DNA of 56,876 nucleotides from Guillardia theta CCMP2712 (Eukaryota; Protista; Cryptophyta): NCBI RefSeq assembly GCF_000315625.1, contig NW_005434466.1, positions 1 to 56,876 of the forward strand, read 5' to 3'. Shown piece by piece: positions 26,217 to 38,965 of this stretch (position 1 is its first letter; each line of letters starts with the position of its first letter). The notes under the pieces were generated by a model. It saw only the letters and a program-made list of their open reading frames with translations, ran no database searches and was not told where the DNA came from. The position numbers and the translations under genes were made by a program.

Positions 26217-29200
26217 ATGAGTGGGAGGAAGAGGATGATGCTGCTGCTGCTGCTCCTGCCCTCCTGCTGTGTCAGCTGGGCAGGAGCAGAACAATCAGTT
26301 CAATGCGGAGCTACAGCCACGTTCATTGTCTCTGACTCGGGAGTTCTCAGTCGACAGGGAGCCTGTGGCACTGATTGCACATACCTTTACTTGTTCTCCA
26401 AATCAATCAACTCGGTGAATGTCTCAGCTTTCCAAGGATGTACGTCTTTGCGATCTCTTTCTTTAAGCTTTAATTATCTGACTTCCATCCCCTCTGGATT
26501 GTTTGAAGAAACATCTGCATTGTGGACACTTGATCTCAGTTACAACAAAATATCCAGCATCGCATCCGATGCTTTTGTGAATCTTCACAGCCTCTCAAGT
26601 TTGAATCTGGCTTCCAACAAGCTGACCATGCTGCCTGAAGAAATTTTCAACATCACTACATTGAGCTTCCTCACGCTCGACAGCAACGAAATCGTCTCAA
26701 GCGTACCTCAGCAGTTCTTTCAGAAGCTGACTGAACTGATATACCTAAGTCTTGATACGGCCATGCTGTCCAGCATTCCTTCCAGCACTTTGATGTCATT
26801 GAGGAGCTTGTCCTTGAACAACAATTCTCTTTCTGGTCAGAGCGGTGTTGAGGAGAATTTCTTCGACAAACTAGTTGTTCTTAGATCACTGACTCTGGAC
26901 AACTTCGATGGTAGCTTTTTGCAGCGTGCAGATCTGAAGAATCTCTCTGATACTCTGGACTCACTATCTCTGTATGATGTAGCGCTTTCAAGCATCCAAG
27001 AAGGACTTTTTGACAGCTTCGTGAGGTTAACACGTTTGTTTCTTCTTGACTGTCAAGTAGAACGACTGCCAGCGAGCACGTTTGACAAGCTGACAGAGTT
27101 GACGTATCTTTCTATAAGTATGAATGATAAGTTGCAGAGCCTTCCAGCTGGAATCTTTGACAAGCTGACCAAACTGACGACGCTATCGCTGGATTGGAAT
27201 GGTCTGACAAGTCTGCCGATGGGATTCTTTGACAAGCTGTCGAATCTAGAAGATCTGGATCTCTCTTTCAATCGACTCGCGTACCTGCCGGCCATCGCTT
27301 TCATGAACCAGACACAAACCGTCCAGATCGACTTGATGTACAATGACATCACATGCTACCACCAGGCGTGGCCTGCCCAGACTCGATATTCCAGTGCTGT
27401 AGAGCTATGCCAAGTGCAAGCAGTGTCGTACGTGTTTGGCCTTGAGACAACTCTAGAGCAGTTCGAGGCTATGAAAGAAGCTTTCGTTGAGAGCGTTGCT
27501 TTCGTGGCTATGGTTGCCAGGTCGAGTGTCAGAATCTTGCAAGTGACGGGGCCATCGTCAGGTCGGCGCCTGCTGGCGGGGGGTGTCAATGTTTCAACGG
27601 ACATCATCTTTGACAGCTCCTACAGTGCCAAGACGTTCACAGTAGAGCGTCTGAATCAGGAGCTTGCTATCAAGGGTCTTGCCACTGTCACTAGCGCCGT
27701 TGCAAATCGATCGTATGACGTTGCGGCCACCGACACTTCTACTACCGACAGTACTGCTACGAACCCTTCTACTACCGACAGTACTGCTACGAACCCTTCT
27801 ACTACAGACAGTACTGCTACGAACCCTTCTACTACCGACAGTACTGCTACGAATCCTTCTACTACCGATGCCACGGATACAACCTCATCTGGCACTACTC
27901 AAACTGATACTGCTTCATCATCCATGGCGAATGTCTTCCAGTCGTCAGCATATCAGTCGTATGTGCCGAGCTCGGGCGGCAAGACTCCCTCCTGGATCAC
28001 CCTCGACAATTCCTACAAGCGCAACTCAAGGACGCTGACGAATTTCTGCATGACGTGCGTGGACGGCAGGCTTCACTGTGAGATATGCTCGTGCTCATGC
28101 ACCTCCTCCTACTCCTCTCCTTTCCTCTTCCCCATTTCTTTCTTGCCCTCCCTCCAGCTCTTCCTCCACTCCCTTCCCCTACTCTCTTCGTCTTGCTTGT
28201 CTTGACCCTGCTGCTGCTGCTGCTGCTGCTGCTTGTATGGGCTGAGGTCAGCGGCAGCTCTCAACTCGGACGCGGCCTATCAAGTGTTCGACCCAGCATC
28301 CAAGAGCTGGAGCGATTTCACCAACAAGTTCGGCGGGGTCAACCCAAAGAGCGGGTTCCGGTATGCCATAGCTGGAGCAGGCGACTCGGTGTTGGCCCTG
28401 GGGTACTACGGTAAGGGAGGAGGGAGGAGGTGGGGCTGTGACAGGTGCGTGTCCTCTCAGATCTGTCGGTATCTCAGGTGCTCAACAAGGAGCTCTTCGG
28501 TCTCAACTTGTCGAGCATGACATGGACTAACTACACTTCTCTCATGACCGGCACCAAGCCGCCCATAAACTTCTTTGGCTCTGAGAAGATAGCAGCTTGT
28601 GGATCAGACTTATTCCTGATCGGGTTGTACTCGGATCCAGGCATGTACCGACTGGACCTCAACACCATGGCATGGGCAAAAGAGACGTTTCTAGATGATT
28701 ACAAGTTTCGATCTATCACTGGTGGCACGATCGATTACACCGACTTCATGTCATTCCAAGACAAGCTATATTGTATGGTGACAACCGCCGATGACGTTTA
28801 CTTTCTTTACCGCAGCAACCGCAACACGACGGCATGGAACGTTTTGTTCAAAGGATCTGACAACGCGGACACCTTCAACGCTTTGCTGAATCGAGCGACG
28901 GAATACAGAGCTGCGGTCAACAACCTCGCCTTTCACGGTATCTCGTCGTGTTGGTCGTAAGTTGAGTCATGCTGACCGTGCCCCAGCAATGATCAAGTTC
29001 GGGTTGTCGTACGCGGAGGTGGCAGGCATGGCGCAAGAAGCCTTGCTGACCAACGAGACGGAGACTTATCGCTTCAGCTCCTGCGAGGACGGCAAGATCT
29101 TCGCCTACAGCACAACGAGCGCAGGTGCGAAGCCTCTGACATGGCATGTGCTCACGCGGGTCAACAGGGATGATCATCTTCGACGTGTTTGCTGGAGCCT

Positions 29201-32200
29201 CTCAGGCTCTGCTCAACTCTGGGGAGGCGCTTCACCCCGCCGGCTCACTCCACATCTACAGCATCGACAGCAGCATCGGAGGGACGTTGAACCCGCTGAC
29301 GAGATGGCGAGACTCGCTGGTCGTGCTGGAAGGTGCGGGGGCTGACGGGAGTTTGCGGGTCTAGCGCTTGACTTGCTCTTGTCAGGCGTCTGCGCTTACG
29401 GTTGTGACCCTCAGCGTCAGCGGGTCACGAGGTTCGATGTCAACTCCTTGTCATGGACGACTCTGCGGGAAGCGAGCAGCCAGACCTCGTTCTCGCATCT
29501 GTCGGTGTGGAACGATGAGCTGTATGCGCTGTCGATGAGCAACGTCTCGACTATCTTCAAGCTGGGAGGCGATGGAGCTTGGAGTGAGATCGAGACCGTG
29601 GTAACGGATGAGATCATCTCGGAGCTGCAGGCGCTTCCTTTGGTCGCTGCATATGCCCTGGTTGAGAACGATTACGCGACAGCGAGCTCCAAGTCGTTGT
29701 TTGTGGTTCAGTTCGATGAGTTCGCCAGAGGTGATAGAGCTTACATGGTCGCATCCGTTGTTCACTGGCGCATGCTTGCTCGTTGATTCACTCAGAGCTT
29801 GTCTTGTGTTGTTCTTGTCAGCTCCATGGGCTCTAACGAGTTTGGCCAGGATCCGGCAGAGGTGTTTTCACCTTCAACGTCACCGACAAGCTGTGGAGGA
29901 AGCATGTTTACAGCAACGAGTCCGCTCCTAACAAGTACGTGCACTCGATAGCGGCAACAGATCGCTATGTGTATCATTTCGGAGGCTACAAGATCGACCT
30001 TCAAGACATGTTCAGCATCTACATATGTGAGATTATTCTTCTCCTGCTGCTGCTTGCTCGTGACACGTCATCAGCGTCGACGCATGAAACCAACGACTGG
30101 CTGTACCGCTTCGACCTGGAGAGCGACGAGTGGACGGTTCTGTCCAAGACGCAGGCGTACTCGCCTCCCTCCCGGCTGAATGCGGTGATGATGGTGGAGG
30201 GGTCGAGGCTGTTCGTGTATGGGGGGTTAGCGAGCGGGATGGTCTTCAAGACCTTTGCGGACCTCTACTCGTTCGACCTCGACAAGCTGGTATGGACCAG
30301 GTGGTTCGCAAGAGACGACAGCGTCACCGGCTCCTCCCTCATCGCTCTCGGCATCTCCTCCGCTCTAGGCAGAGTCTTCACCCTGTCCAGCTCGTACTCG
30401 ATCTCTGCCCGCGACCTCCCCAAGGAGCGACAGCCCTCGAGATCTCTCGTCCTCGACCTGGCGCTGTCTACCGACTGGGATACCTTGAGCATCAGCTCCT
30501 GCCAGGACGTCAGCACCTGTCGCAGCATCCGCACCTCCGTCTCCCTGTGCTCGCAGCCTTGGATGCCCTGCTACCTCTCCATCAAGGGCTCTCCTGCTGC
30601 TGCCCCTCCCGCCTCCCTCCGCCGCGCGGCTGCGGGTCAAACCCCGACGAGGTCCATCGAGATGCTGGGCAACGCGCGCATCCAGTGCGACGCGAGTCGA
30701 GGATGCAGTGGGATCGAGCTGGAGGGCGTCGACCTAGTCTGCAAGGGCCTGCGCGACGCTCCTGAGGCTCCTCTGCGCGTGCTCGGGCTCGGAGCTCACC
30801 TCAACCTCGTCGACGCGAGCGTGAGCGCCTGCCACACGAGCGACGACGGAGGAAGCATCCAGGTGTACGGGGGCTCGAGCGCTTACCTGCTACGAGTCAG
30901 GATCGTGGGGTCGACGAGCAGCGGGAGCGGAGGAGGGATGGTGCTGCAGGGGTCGAGCATGAGCGTGTACGAGTCGAGCTTTGAAGGCTGCAAGGCAAGT
31001 CAGGGAGGAGGAGCAATCCACCTCCGTAGTCAGGCGCTCGAGTACTTCCCTACCGTCCTGTCCAAGCCCGTCGCCTTCATCCAGTCGTCGCAGTTCCTGT
31101 CCAACTCAGCGAGTCAAGGAGGAGCTCTGTCGGCCGAGGCCCCCTCCTCCCTCTTGATGAAGGGCTGCTTGCTCCAGGAGAACCGCGCCAGTCAGGACGG
31201 AGGAGCGCTATACCTGGACAAGACCACGGCTCGACTGGACGGCAACTCGTTGGTGGGGAACGCGGCGGGAGGAGGAGGAGGCGGAGTCTTGTGGGATGGA
31301 GTGCAACCTGTGCTGGTGTCTGACTCCGAGGAGGAGGACGCTGTCATCCTGTGCTCTAAAACGGGGAAGGGCCACACGGCCTCGTACGGGCCCTGCGTGG
31401 CCTCGACCTTCCATGAGCTGCTGCTGGTGATGGAGGGCAAGGAGATCGCTTCCGGCATCCCCTTCCCCCTCCGCGTCACCAAGCTCGACTTCTACCGGCA
31501 GGCGATCACCACTGACTCCTCTTCCTCCCTCCAGATCCGCACGGTCAAGCCCTCGGCCAAGAGCGGGACCGCCGTGCTCATGGAGTCAGCAGTGCTGAGC
31601 CTCAAGGAGGGAGCTGCGAGCACCAGCGCTACAGTGAAGATGTTGTTTACCAAGGCCGGGAAGGAGGAGGCGTTCCCAGCTAAGGTGGAGGGGCTGGTGG
31701 GGCTGGAGGCGTACGGGGTGGATGTCTCGTCGGGCAAGGAGATCAAGTCCAACGTCCTAGAGGCTCAGCCTCGGCCGTCAGTGTGTCCGGTAGGCCACGT
31801 CATCAAGACCGACGCCTCCAGCTTCCCTTCCTTCGCCGTCTGCGACCGATGCTCCCCCGACTCCTACGCGCTGACGCCCTTCGCCGGGAGCAACGCGAGC
31901 AACCCCGCGTGCTTGCGCTGCCCTCACGGGGTGGAGTGCGGAGGAGGAGAGCTGATCAGAAACAAGAACGGGTTTTGGTTCAACAAGAGCATCCTATCTC
32001 CTGCCGTGCCCCCGCGAGCGACGGAGCTGCGAGCGTATCGGTGTGCGGATGGAGCATGCTTGTACGACTTCGAGTGCAGGGAGGGGCACGAGGGTCGGGT
32101 AAGCGCATCAGCCTCGCGAGCTCTCGTCTGACTGGCTCCTCTCTCCTCAGCTCTGCGCGTTGTGTGTGCAGACAACGAGCAAGGAGGACTTCTTCTGGGC

Positions 32201-34435
32201 GCTGAGCAACCGCGAGTGCACGAGGTGCGACAAGAAGGCGGCAGGAGCAAGGATCTTCATCCTTGTCGCCGGCATGGTCTGCTTCATCTTGTTCTGGTGC
32301 GGTGACGCTGTTGCTTGTGGGAGGAGATGACGAGGAGGATGCAGGTGCTGGTTCTTCCTGCTGCCGCTGCTGCGCCATTACAGCATGTGCAGCTCGATCA
32401 CGAGCATGGTCGATCAAGGTCTGCACGGACTGGAGGCGAAGAAGGAAGGAGTGTGGAAGAAGCTGCATGATGGGCTGATGAAGCATCGATCCAAGATCGG
32501 GTACATCAAGGTGCTCATCGGTACGAGAGAGAGGCCGCAGCCTCCGACTCCCTGCTGACGGGGCCTCAGGCTTCGTTCAGATCTCCTCTAGCATCATCAC
32601 AGTCTACAACATCGAGTGGCCCAGCCTGATCTCGCGCCTCCTCTCAAGCATCGCCTTCTTCAACCTTGACTTCCTCACTCTCCCGCAGATCTCCTGCTCG
32701 GCCTCTGACCTCTCCTTCTCCGACAAGCTCCTCGTCTACACCCTCGCCCCGCTGGGGCCCCTCCTGCTCATCAAGGTCCCCCATGCCATCACACTGGTAG
32801 GGAAGCAGCTGGGGCGGGGCGAGGAGTCAGAGGGGCTGTACCACAAGTTCATGTTCTGGAGCATGTAAGAAGACCTCGCTGTTATGTCCTCTCCTCCCCT
32901 CAGCTCGCGAATGCTCCCACAAGACTCCTCCTTTGTCTGCTGTTGCTCGTGCTCGTGCGCTTGCTCTTGCTTTATCCTGACAGGCCTGCTCAGCTTCATG
33001 ATCTACCTCATCTACATCCCCGTCTCCTCCATGGTCCTCAGCACCTTCCTATGTCAAGACCTCGGGGACGACGGCAGCTGGCTGGTGAGAGACTTCCGAG
33101 TGCCGTGCCCGCGAACGTCAGGCAGCTTCTCCTACGGGTGGGCCATCTTCACCACCATAGTGTACCCCGTCGGCTTCCCTCTCGCCATCCTCGTCCTGCT
33201 CTACCTCCTGCGGGTCCCCGAGCTGGCGCGGGCGAAGCAAGAGCATGCCTTCTATGAGAGCCTGCACAAGCTCGGGTACCTCAAGGGGCAGGGGCTCGGG
33301 TGGGAGGACATGAAGGCTGTGAAGCAGCGATGGGAGGAGCGATGGGAGACGCCGCTGTTCCTGCAGCTGGAGATGTCAGAGGTGCGGCGACTGATCAGGG
33401 TGCTGACAAGGCTGCTAGAGGAGACAGCAGAGGACGATGCGATGCTGAGTCCGCAGGATGTTTGCGGAGATGACCTCAATGAAGTGATGATGGAGAAAGT
33501 AACGGAAAAGGTAGAGGACACAGTGGAGAAGGTGTTGGAGGACGAGGAGGAGGAGGAGGATGAGGGCAAGGGAGTCGGAGGAGCACAACAGGGCAAGCAA
33601 AACGTCTCCATCAATGTCTCGCTTGCGTACGCCAACAACGGCACGAGACGCGACAACGGCAGCCCGGCAGAGGCTCCGCAGGCAAAGAGAGGGGGCAGAG
33701 CTGCGCTGGTCACGGACATGGTGAAGGCGATGATGGCGAGCGACGGCGAGGACGAGAGCAGCACGCGCTTGAGACTGCAGGGGCTCTACAGCCAAGCGAT
33801 CAAGCGAGAGATCATACAGCAGCCCAAGATCTGCTGGTCCAGACGCTCGGACGGAGAAGGAGCAGGAAGCTGGCTGGAGGAGCAGGAGACGTACGCAATG
33901 AACGTGGCGGGGTTTCTCTTCTCCATGTACGAAGTGAAGTACTGGTGGTTCGAGGTGTTGGAGCTGATCCGGAGGTTGACCACCTGCATCCTCATCAGCT
34001 TCTTCTTCACCGGCACCATCTTCCAGATCGTCGTCGGCCTGTCGTTCCTCTTCATGTCCCTCGCCGCTCACAGCTACCTGAAGCCCTTCCAAGACCCGAC
34101 TCAAGACAGCATGATGTTCTTCTCTCTCATCGCCAACTTTGGCACTCTGCTATGTGAGGGAGGGGAGAGGTCGGCTTGCGAGTGCTCTGACAGAAGGTGC
34201 AGATGGCGTCAGCCTCAAGCTGATGATGGTGGACGAGCTGCGGGTCGACTCGACCTCGTACGAGCTGGACATCGCGCAAGGCTTCCTGGTCTTCGCCAAC
34301 ATCTTCATCCTCGCCTACCCCGTCCTGCAGACGTCCTGGGAAGTCTTCGGCTCGGGCAGCTTGGCGGCGATCATGGCGAGGGCGCAGCTGGAAATTTTCA
34401 ATCTGATTGCGAGGCGAAAAGATGGGATGGTTTAG
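26217..34435 (+). CDS. Giant multi-domain surface receptor, copy A: SP, ~13 LRR, RRLL-containing domain, Thr-rich stalk, Kelch-like repeats, GGA/FxxN beta-helix, Cys-rich, ~9 TM
   Basis: Consecutive ORFs 26217-28205, 28445-28960, 29373-29786, 29939-32131 and 32884-34485 are joined by short GT-AG introns. LRR: LPAGIFDKLTKLTTLSLDWNGL. Kelch-like: LFVYGG, YHFGG...YRFDLESDEW. Beta-helix: GGAI/GGAL with FLSNSA. Cys-rich: CPVG..CDRC..CLRCPHG..C. TM block: KVLI|GFVQ..WP..C..WLVRDFRVPC..GFLFSMYEVKYWWFE..KPF. Confidence 0.88.
27738..27869 (+). repeat. 30-bp coding tandem repeat (STTDSTATNP x4), a mucin-like stalk; mirrored at ~45548-45677
   Basis: TCTACTACCGACAGTACTGCTACGAACCCT is repeated in frame. 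Confidence 0.92.
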
Positions 34436-36249
34436 TTGAGCTGACGAAGTTGTCGCATCAAGTGGTCAGTGTCACTCAAATCTGAGCTGATCAAGTTTTG
34501 TGCTGTTCAGTCAAGGTTGTCAATGAAGCCATAGTGGTTGTTTCAATGCCTACTTGAGGTAGATGAAGTAGATCGAGACGCTGAGCAGGTCTGTTAGGAC
34601 AGAGCAAGACCATGACCATGCCCATGACCGTGACCGTGACCGTGAGCAAGAACATAAACTCGACCGTGAGCAAGAGCAAGACAACCGAGGACTCCCTGCA
34701 CACACTCTGCTTCTTCCTTGGGCTCCATGTTCGATGTCACGGTCGGTGCTGGGTCACTTGATGCAGTTTTGTATTCATATCAGTGCTGTTTGATTCTGCT
34801 GTCTGATCATGTTTGTTTGATCTCTCTCCCTTCGAGTCTAAGGAAACGACAACAAGGAAAGATGCACAGCTGCCGTGTAGGTTGTTCCAGGGAAGCGAGG
34901 TGGAAGATATCATGAATCTCCTTCAATGGTTGATGTTTGATCATACACTCTGACAAACTTTCTGAATAATATTCGCACTGCTGTTCGGATCGTCACGCGT
35001 GACAGATACAACCGTGACCAAAGGAAACTACACAGCCGCAATCCTTCTTGTCAGAACCTCACCTAGCTGATCTTGTACATGTTCTGATGCTGGTCCTGCA
35101 GCTGAGGATACTTCAACAGATACTTGAAGTTTGGGGGACAGCGGCAGGCCTCTCTCAGTCAGTGCCGGCCCGGAGAAACGGGAACCATGGGCCCGGGCCC
35201 GGACCTCAGGCTGTATGAGGGCTGAAAGCTCAAGTCCGAACTTACAAAACAAGTTGGTGGGGTCTTGTTGCACCCGTCTATTTGATAGACAAAAGTACCG
35301 GTACTCACTGACTTCGGAAACAAAAGCACTTTTGGTACAATTCTTGCACCTGGTGAACCCCTTCATTTCTCTTTTCGTGACAAGGGTAGGGTGATCCATA
35401 GGTCCTGGGTCGGAGGACCCCCAGAGGACACCAGAAATGTTGAGTCAAAAGAGGGGTGGGGTCGGAGTATTTCTCAAAACAGAAAAATAGGTGGGGTCAT
35501 AATTTTATTCCTACCAAGTGGTAGAGCATACAGGGTGGGGTTGGGTCATCAAGGCTACGATAGGGGTGGAGCGATTGAGGATCAGAGGTATAGCCTGCCT
35601 TTGACAAGTGGGAAGGTAATTGAGAAAAATGCTACCTAGACCCCAGTGGAGGAGAATCATCTTGTGGCTCATATTTGGGGGGTGGGTCGCTGACTGTTGG
35701 TCTAGGTCCGGTCGGGTAGTGTATAAGGGGGGTAGTGACCGTTGGCCAGGTAGGGTACCAAGGGAGGAGGGTGGAGACAAATATAGAGTTCTATTTTCGG
35801 GAGCCCACACGTCGCCGGCGCCATGTTCCAAGCCCTGGTGAGCAATGAGCAAGTGCAACGAAGCAGAGACGCTGTGGCTACTGATGAATGATTGTTCATG
35901 GCATCCCTGAGATGTGCCGTGAGCGGTCAGAACTGCAGATCATTAGGAAGAACAGGAATGAATGATAGGTGCATGTGTTGGAAGTGAGGTCTGTGGCCAG
36001 AAAGTGACAGAAAGCTGAACAAGCATGGAGTAGTATTTCCACACTGGTGCTGATACCAGGAACCGCAGTGATTTGAAGCTGTATTGATGATTGATCTCAT
36101 TCTTTTCTTTATTTCACACCGGTTCAGTCAAGGACGAGATGATATTCTGATGCACATAGTGTAACCTGACTCCAATGATCGTTGAAGTTGAATTCAGAAA
36201 TCCAAGGGTAGCATGTAAAAAGAAGGAAAGGAAATATTTGCAAGAATTT

Positions 36250-36667
36250 CATGTTGTTGCACGATTGTGTAGTTTTGATCGTAGCATATTGTTTCTCACT
36301 TGTTTCGAATGTCTCGCAGGCTATCTTTAAGGACACCAATGGCCTCTTCATCGGAGATGTCTCCGGCGCCATGCATGTTTGCTTAGCTGGAGAGGCTTGC
36401 GGAGGAACCCTCCTCTCCAACAAGTCTGGAGGAGGATCCAGGACTCCCTACTCTCACGGTGTTGCCGGATACTTCGGCCTCTACGGAACCGGTCAGTTTG
36501 ACGGTCAGAGCTCTGGACACGACTTCTACGGCACTGTGAGCATTTGATCTCGATTACTGTCTGGTCTCCTCATGTTGTTCTTGCAGATCTACATGCCACC
36601 CACGGGTTTTGTCAACAACTGCGACGGTGGACGCAGCCACACCTATTGTGACTACAGGCAGCAGTAA
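36250..36667 (+). CDS. Small Gly/Cys/Tyr-rich protein (at least 2 exons), function unknown
   Basis: AIFKDTNGLFIGDVSGAMHVCLAGEACGG...GYFGLYGTGQFDGQSSGHDFYGT, then a GTGAG...TTGCAG intron, then IYMPPTGFVNNCDGGRSHTYCDYRQQ*. The 5' end is uncertain because there is an AG acceptor before AIFKD. Confidence 0.55.
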
Positions 36668-36799
36668 AAACTTCTCACTTTGGGATCTCTCTAGATTGCA
36701 GATGAATCGAAATCTCTCTAGATAGCTGTTAATTTTATGCAAGAATCTTTATCACCATCAAATATCAGACTTGTGTATGAGCATAACATGATGTCTGTG

Positions 36800-38488
36800 C
36801 TATCTGTCGGGATTCTGTCCAAGAGACCAAACACAGGTCGAGCGGTCCCACGACGCGCTTGCGACTTGACCGTCTGCGGCAAGTCAGACACAAAAGACCG
36901 AAAGCAACCATGAAACCATGGAGGACGTTAAAATCAAGCGCTGCACTCAAGTTAGATATCGCAGTAGGTACGGGAGGGTTGAATCACCGACAACAAACTC
37001 CTTGTGATGCTCCGAGTTTATCATGAGGGAGTGACTCCCCGTGTTGAACATGCAGTTCCAGAGCGCAACCTTCGAGGATCAGCGACGCAGGGTGGATGGG
37101 AATGAGGTTACCGTCAAGTCGTAGGAACAGGACAGCAGATGTTGTGGCGAGAACGGGGAGAACTTCACGTTCCTCACCGCGTACCTGTGATGCGTAAGGA
37201 GACTTGCATGAACCTGCTTCACTTGCCTGTGCCCGACCATCGTCTTCATACACTGATTGCTCCTGCGCGTGTCCCAGAGGCGGATAGTTCGATCAGCTGC
37301 AGCCACGGCAGACTCAAGTGAGAAGAGAGAAGGGGCCAAGAGGATTGAGCTGCACTCGCCTCCTCCCGATGCAAACGTGTACTCGTCGTACTTGCACCAA
37401 TCGACGGAAAGAACCTGAAGGGGGTCACTGCTTCTGCCATCTTCCTCCTCGCATCAACCTCGTGCTGGTGGCCCAAGAACGTGAATGCGCAAACGGGTGA
37501 GCGCGTGTCCCACATTCGGACGCTGAGGATACTATCTCACACGGAGCAGCTGCTGAGCTGTCATACCTGCAGTCGGCAGAGCAGGAGAGGAAAGCGAACG
37601 CTGACTTAGGGGACCAACATGCCCTGGAGGAGGGGAAAGTTACAAGCTCCTCCTGATCATCACGATCTGAGAGCATCCACCTGTAGATGAATCCTTGATG
37701 ACCATTCCAAGAGTTCTTCACACATGACAAGAGAACTTCAGCGAACCATCTCAACAGGACGTGTGGACGCGGATCTACCAGCGATTGGGGCATTTCCGGA
37801 GTCCACAATTTGATTTGGCTGCACATGCTTTGATTGCAATGTCTCATCGCTCACACAAGCAGCTTTACCCATCCCAAGATGCAGACAGAAAGATGTCTCT
37901 CTGTATCACATTCCAGTTCACACTGTACACCTACAGCAGGGGGGGCGATGAGAAACGCCTGAGGGTTTCACCGGTGGCCATCCTACCTCCCGTCTGTGCT
38001 CGTGAAACGCCCGCAGAGGTCTGTTGACTGCGATCCCCAGGTCCCACAGCTTCAAGCTGAGAACCCTTACACTCAGCACGAGCGGCTGCTGAGACATTCT
38101 CACCTGCCGTCGCCGCACGCTGAGACCAGGTGGTGCTCATTGCTTTCGCTCCAACAACAATCGTACACCGCGTCCTGTGCAGAGGACGTTGAGCCGTCTT
38201 CACATGGAGACTCCTCTAGCGCTCTTACTTGCGTCATGTATGCTCTCGACTCCACAGCTCCTGATGGTCGAAGATCGAACACTGACTGCAGGGAGACATC
38301 ATGTGCCACCCGTGTACCGAGCGAGTTTCACCTGAAAACCATTTCCCACGATGCCGAAATGCTGAGCAGAAGAAATGGCGATCCTTCCCTGTGCATCAGC
38401 TCAGACATGACGATGAGAGGTCATGATTCACATGCTCGAACGGTGAGAACGCAACCCCAGTGCATGGATACTTGGTCAGAAGCCGCAT
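36800..38488 (-). CDS. PEX7: Peroxisomal PTS2 receptor (WD40), many short introns
   Basis: Spliced MRLLTKYPCTGVAFSPFEH|GRIAISSAQHFGIVGNG...YDCCWSESNEHHLVSACGDG|SLKLWD...HEHRRE|VYSVNWN...SASWDG...SVDWCKYD...GH|RYAVRNVKFSPF...SCSYDLT...EHHKEFVV...ASASWD, which are PEX7-characteristic motifs in order. Confidence 0.9.
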
Positions 38489-38730
38489 CTCGTCAGGTTG
38501 CGATGTTCGAATGCCTCAGGAGCTCTTGGGGAAGTATGAAGGTTTCACGAGAGCCTCCTCATCTCCTCCCAGCCTTAATCGAGCACACCATCTCTCCTCC
38601 TCCTCCTCCTCCTCCTCCTCCTCCTCCTCCTCCTCCTCCTTTACTTCCCATGCTTTGCTGACCTCACACCGCCATCTTGCCCCTATCTCCGGTCCGCCTC
38701 AGAGAGTCTTTTACATGCATTCGCGACGAC

Positions 38731-38941
38731 GACAGACCTGACGAGCTGATACTGTTTGACGACACTACAAGACCTGACGAGCTGATACTGGTTGACGACA
38801 TTACAAGCCCTGCCGAGCTGATACTGGTTGACGACACTACAAGACCTGACGAGCTGATACTGTTTGACGACACTACAAGACCTGACGAGCTGATACTGGT
38901 TGACGACACTACAAGCCCTGCCGAGCTGATACTGGTTGACT
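38731..38941. repeat. 36-bp tandem repeat, ~5.8 copies (GACACTACAAGACCTGACGAGCTGATACTGGTTGAC)
   Basis: Directly visible. On the minus strand it encodes (SSTSISSSGLVV)n. Confidence 0.95.
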
Positions 38942-38965
38942 ATCATTGCTACGATACTTAACAAC

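Noticed and set aside
27090-27290. True VLR ortholog with somatic cassette assembly
   Set aside because: The similarity is to the generic typical-LRR consensus. No array of LRR donor cassettes or incomplete germline gene is visible in this window.
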